IMG/VR virus record: IMGVR_UViG_3300014656_006065
Location: 1-28,676 of that record
Reading direction: 5' to 3' (one strand)
Source: a virus
Lineage: Duplodnaviria > Caudoviricetes
DNA: 28,676 bases
Under the pieces are notes generated by a model. That model did no database searches. It was not told the origin of the DNA and worked only from the letters and a program-made list of their open reading frames with translations. The position numbers and the translations under genes are program-made. Positions 26,070 through 28,676 of the stretch are shown here, one piece after another; the stretch's first letter is position 1, and every line of letters begins with the position of its first letter.

Positions 26070-26190
26070 AGAAGAAGGTCGGAGAGTAACGGTGTCCTCA
26101 CACTTAACACCGCTACGCCCCTCAGACCCCCTTTGCAAAGCCTGCTGATCGTCGGAACCACTACGAACCTGATCAGTGGGCTTTTGATTT
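26070..26190 (+). ncRNA. Candidate ~120-nt antisense small RNA
   Basis: Consensus promoter upstream. Internal hairpin CGGUGU/ACACCG. 14-bp terminal stem (26137-26150/26171-26184) that pairs fully only on the + strand, followed by U residues. Confidence 0.6.
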
Positions 26191-26203
26191 CTGAGATTGG
26201 TCA

Positions 26204-26428
26204 TTACGCGGCCTTTCTAGCAAGCAGTTTGCTTGTTTCTCTGAAATCGGACAAAAAAATATCCAAGTCTGACACGGCTATCAATATTTTCTTCCCGAGT
26301 CTTTTCTGAGCAATCATACCATCTTTGAGCCACTTATAAAAAGTATGCTTAGATACGGTCTGGCCTGTTAAAGTCTTAATTTTATCCATCGCCTCTTTGG
26401 CGGTTACGTATTTTTTTTGTTCTCGCAT
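26204..26428 (-). CDS. Cro-position excisionase/Cox-like HTH protein
   Basis: 'YVT.KEA........VSK.TFYKW...G.I...RLGKKILI...DL..FL'. GGGAG RBS. First gene after the early promoter. Confidence 0.8.
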   Translation of the reverse strand: MREQKKYVTAKEAMDKIKTLTGQTVSKHTFYKWLKDGMIAQKRLGKKILIAVSDLDIFLSDFRETSKLLARKAA

Positions 26429-26451
26429 TTTTTTTACTCCCTTCGATATAA

Positions 26452-26480
26452 ATCATAGCAAGCAGTTGGTTTTATGTCAA
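26452..26480 (-). promoter_or_regulatory. Early lytic promoter
   Basis: TTGACA (26480-26475), 17 bp, TATGAT (26457-26452) with extended TG. A-tracts upstream resemble an UP element. Confidence 0.85.
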
Positions 26481-26517
26481 GGAGTTTGTTTTTTTTGTTT
26501 TGTTTTTTTTGTTGGTC

Positions 26518-26526
26518 TGCTACAAT
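26518..26526 (+). promoter_or_regulatory. Repressor (lysogenic) promoter, extended -10
   Basis: TGcTACAAT, 6 nt upstream of ATG 26533. No good -35. Confidence 0.65.
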
Positions 26527-26532
26527 GGAGGT

Positions 26533-27252
26533 ATGAAGATGTTTATTACTAGACTGGATGAGCTGTTGGCAAAAAGGCTTGGCAATGCTGCGTCCCAAAA
26601 ACAAAAGGCAGAACTATGCGGTATTCAGTACGAGTTTTTTAGACAGATAATGAATCAGACGAGAAATCCTCCTTCAGACGACAAGATTATGGATGCGGCC
26701 AAGAACTTGCAGCTGTCAGAGAGAGACGCCGCAGAACTGTTGATTCTTGCGGCAAAAGACAGGGCCAAGGGCGCGGAGGCCAAGGGTATTCTGGAACGAG
26801 TTCTCGATCCGGAGTTTTTCAATGCAACAGACAAACAAGATGTCATGTGGATCAAAGAGGAACACATAATACCAATATACACATCTATAAAAGCAGGTGA
26901 CGGAGAGATGCACGGAGAAATATGCGGAGAAATCCAAATAGATAGCGAGCATAAAACACAAAGAGTATTTGCAATTAGAGTTTCTGGCGATTCCATGGCC
27001 AACGATCTATTTTCTGGCGAGATAGCACTGTTTGTGCCGGTAGGAAAAGAATCGGCCAATGATAACGATATTTACGCGGTAGAAGTCGAGGGCTGGGCCT
27101 CCTGGGTGATCAAATACATTAAATATGATCCATCCGGCATGGTGCAGCTTATTTCAGCGAATTCGGCCTTTCCGGTAAAGGAAATCGACCCAAAAGTTAG
27201 CCGAGTGACGCTGCGAGGCAAATTGGTTGAAAGTAGAAGGTTCAGAAAGTAG
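26533..27252 (+). CDS. CI/LexA-like prophage repressor (HTH + S24 autopeptidase)
   Basis: N-terminal HTH, cleavage site 'IPIY..IKAG', catalytic 'FAIRVSGDSM' and 'VIK', plus 'L.S.N..FP'. Start is ATG 26533 or 26539 rather than TTG 26500. Confidence 0.9.
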   Translation: MKMFITRLDELLAKRLGNAASQKQKAELCGIQYEFFRQIMNQTRNPPSDDKIMDAAKNLQLSERDAAELLILAAKDRAKGAEAKGILERVLDPEFFNATDKQDVMWIKEEHIIPIYTSIKAGDGEMHGEICGEIQIDSEHKTQRVFAIRVSGDSMANDLFSGEIALFVPVGKESANDNDIYAVEVEGWASWVIKYIKYDPSGMVQLISANSAFPVKEIDPKVSRVTLRGKLVESRRFRK

Positions 27253-27259
27253 GCAAAAT

Positions 27260-27598
27260 ATGAACGACGGCGACATGTTTCTTTACATTTGCGTCGCTTT
27301 TGCGGTTGCAGGACTGGCTATTGCTACGTGTTTGCACCCGAAAGAAGTGCTGATTGTCTTCATACCGTTTATGATCTGGCGGACTGAAGCATTAACCGGC
27401 AAGGCCTTGCTCGATGCCGCAGGCCAATTCTTGATATTTGCAACATGGCTTGCCATGGGGCTGTTTGTTGTCGGATATGTTGCGGCTCTATTCGTCGGCA
27501 TACCATTTGTTTTGCTGCAGGCTGCTTTCGTAGTTGCCATAGTTTACGGCTTCAGCGTATGGAGCAAAGAGCCGGCAAAAGATGTCAAGCCTGATTAA
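27260..27598 (+). CDS. Small multi-pass membrane protein (possible superinfection exclusion/lysogenic accessory)
   Basis: 112 aa from ATG 27260 with about 4 hydrophobic segments. Lies between repressor and integrase. Confidence 0.65.
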   Translation: MNDGDMFLYICVAFAVAGLAIATCLHPKEVLIVFIPFMIWRTEALTGKALLDAAGQFLIFATWLAMGLFVVGYVAALFVGIPFVLLQAAFVVAIVYGFSVWSKEPAKDVKPD

Positions 27599-28676
27599 AC
27601 GCGGCGCGGTTTGGTATATCACATGGTATGTTGACGGCAATCAGCGGTGGAAGTCTACCAGAATAAAGGTTTCTGATGATCCTGGCGGGAAAAGCGCCAA
27701 GCAGGTTCAGCGCGACCACGACAGCAGAGCGGCAAAACAGATTGCCGGCCTGGAAGATGAACGCCTGACAATTCAGGACGCTTTAGCGCGGCAAATTGCC
27801 TCGATCCGGCAGGCGAGTGTCAGATACCAGGGAGATTGCAAAGCTCGGGCCAGTCGCCTGGTAAAATGGTTCGAGCGCCGGGGCATAGTGTTGCTTGAGC
27901 AGATTTTACCGAAACACATTGATAAACTGATTGAAGAGCGAAAGAGAGCTGGCCTTGCTGGCAAAACAATCAAGTATGACCTCGACCAGCTGAAAGCAGC
28001 TATCAAAATTGCGAACCGAACCAGGACCATTAAGCCTATTGCCGTAGGCGCATGGCCGACAGTTGCAAGAACTACGGCGATGAGGCCCGAGAGAGTGGGG
28101 GCGTATTCGCTCGATGAGGTCACGCGGATTATTGAATACCTCGGCAAGCGCCAACAACGAAAGCACTGGCAGATACCAATCAAGCTGCTTGCATATATCG
28201 GCTGCAGATGGGGCGAACTTGAAGCGCTTCGCGTTGGCGACGTTGACCTCAGAGGGCAATCGCCCATGGTGAGAATAGAATCGCATAAAACTGCGCGGTC
28301 CAGGAAAGAGCAGCACAGATACGTCGAGGTTCATCCGGCAATTTTGCAAGACCTGGCGGCTCTGGTTTCTGGTCGAGGCACAGAGGATCTACTGATAAAC
28401 GTACCGGACAGGCATAACGCCTGCAATGTATTAACGAGGGCGTGCAAGGCCTTGAAGATAAGATACCGTCGGCTGCATGGCCTTCGGCATTGCTGGATCA
28501 GCACAATGCTTTCGGCTGGCGTTCCGTTGGCGGTAGTTATGACCATGGCGGGGCATCGCAATCTTAGCACTACACAAGGGTATCTGCACCTTGACCCCAA
28601 ACAAACCGGCTGGATCAGCCGCTTAACGACTGCTAATGAAAGTGCTAATGATTCCACGAAAAATAAGCCGGTTTAA
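27582..28676 (+). CDS. int: Tyrosine integrase
   Basis: N-terminal arm-binding-like beta domain. Catalytic R (GCRWGE), K (HKT), HGLRH, AGH and Y (TTQGY). Confidence 0.93.
   Translation: MSSLIKRGAVWYITWYVDGNQRWKSTRIKVSDDPGGKSAKQVQRDHDSRAAKQIAGLEDERLTIQDALARQIASIRQASVRYQGDCKARASRLVKWFERRGIVLLEQILPKHIDKLIEERKRAGLAGKTIKYDLDQLKAAIKIANRTRTIKPIAVGAWPTVARTTAMRPERVGAYSLDEVTRIIEYLGKRQQRKHWQIPIKLLAYIGCRWGELEALRVGDVDLRGQSPMVRIESHKTARSRKEQHRYVEVHPAILQDLAALVSGRGTEDLLINVPDRHNACNVLTRACKALKIRYRRLHGLRHCWISTMLSAGVPLAVVMTMAGHRNLSTTQGYLHLDPKQTGWISRLTTANESANDSTKNKPV
28631..28651 (+). repeat. Direct repeat TGCTAATGA x2, candidate integrase arm-type sites
   Basis: Exact 9-mers at 28631 and 28643 (12-bp period) in the last codons of int. 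Confidence 0.5.

Larger units (their letters stand above)
1..28676. mobile_element. Temperate podovirus-type prophage/phage (partial)
   Basis: Contiguous integrase, repressor, replication, packaging, head and short-tail modules, with no host genes and no visible frameshifts. Confidence 0.93.

Noticed and set aside
26019-26204. N-terminal 62 codons of the 136-aa ORF as real protein
   Set aside because: Low-complexity translation that coincides exactly with the antisense promoter and hairpins. Not fully excluded, because ATG 26204 overlaps the upstream stop (TAATG).
1-28676. CRISPR array, tRNA, IS element, diversity-generating retroelement or alternative genetic code
   Set aside because: No spaced repeat arrays, cloverleafs, transposase or reverse transcriptase were seen. 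Genes pack tightly under the standard code, with TAA, TGA and TAG all used as stops.

Overview
The whole window is about 29 kb of a temperate, podovirus-type (short-tailed) prophage or phage genome. The right end carries a + strand lysogeny operon: S24-peptidase repressor, 4-TM membrane protein and tyrosine integrase. Everything else is on the - strand and reads leftward. The order is two excisionase-like HTH genes; a putative recombination module (divergent annealase-like protein, Rad50/SbcC-like ATPase, compact UvrD helicase); a YfdP/YfdQ-like pair; VRR-NUC nuclease; replication initiator with internal iterons; helicase-loader-like protein; two orphan methyltransferases among small Cys-rich ORFs; then terS, terL, portal, scaffold, major capsid, adaptor, nozzle and ejection proteins, the last running off the left edge. 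Lysis, tail-fibre genes and att cores are not in the window. The most notable signals are non-coding: two compact + strand promoter-to-terminator units that look like antisense small RNAs embedded in the lytic transcript (about 26070-26190 and 13195-13265), two apparently leaderless key genes (repressor and terS), and candidate operators. The annealase-SMC-UvrD module also lacks any SbcD/Mre11 nuclease. All family assignments come from visual motif recognition and gene order; no database search was run.
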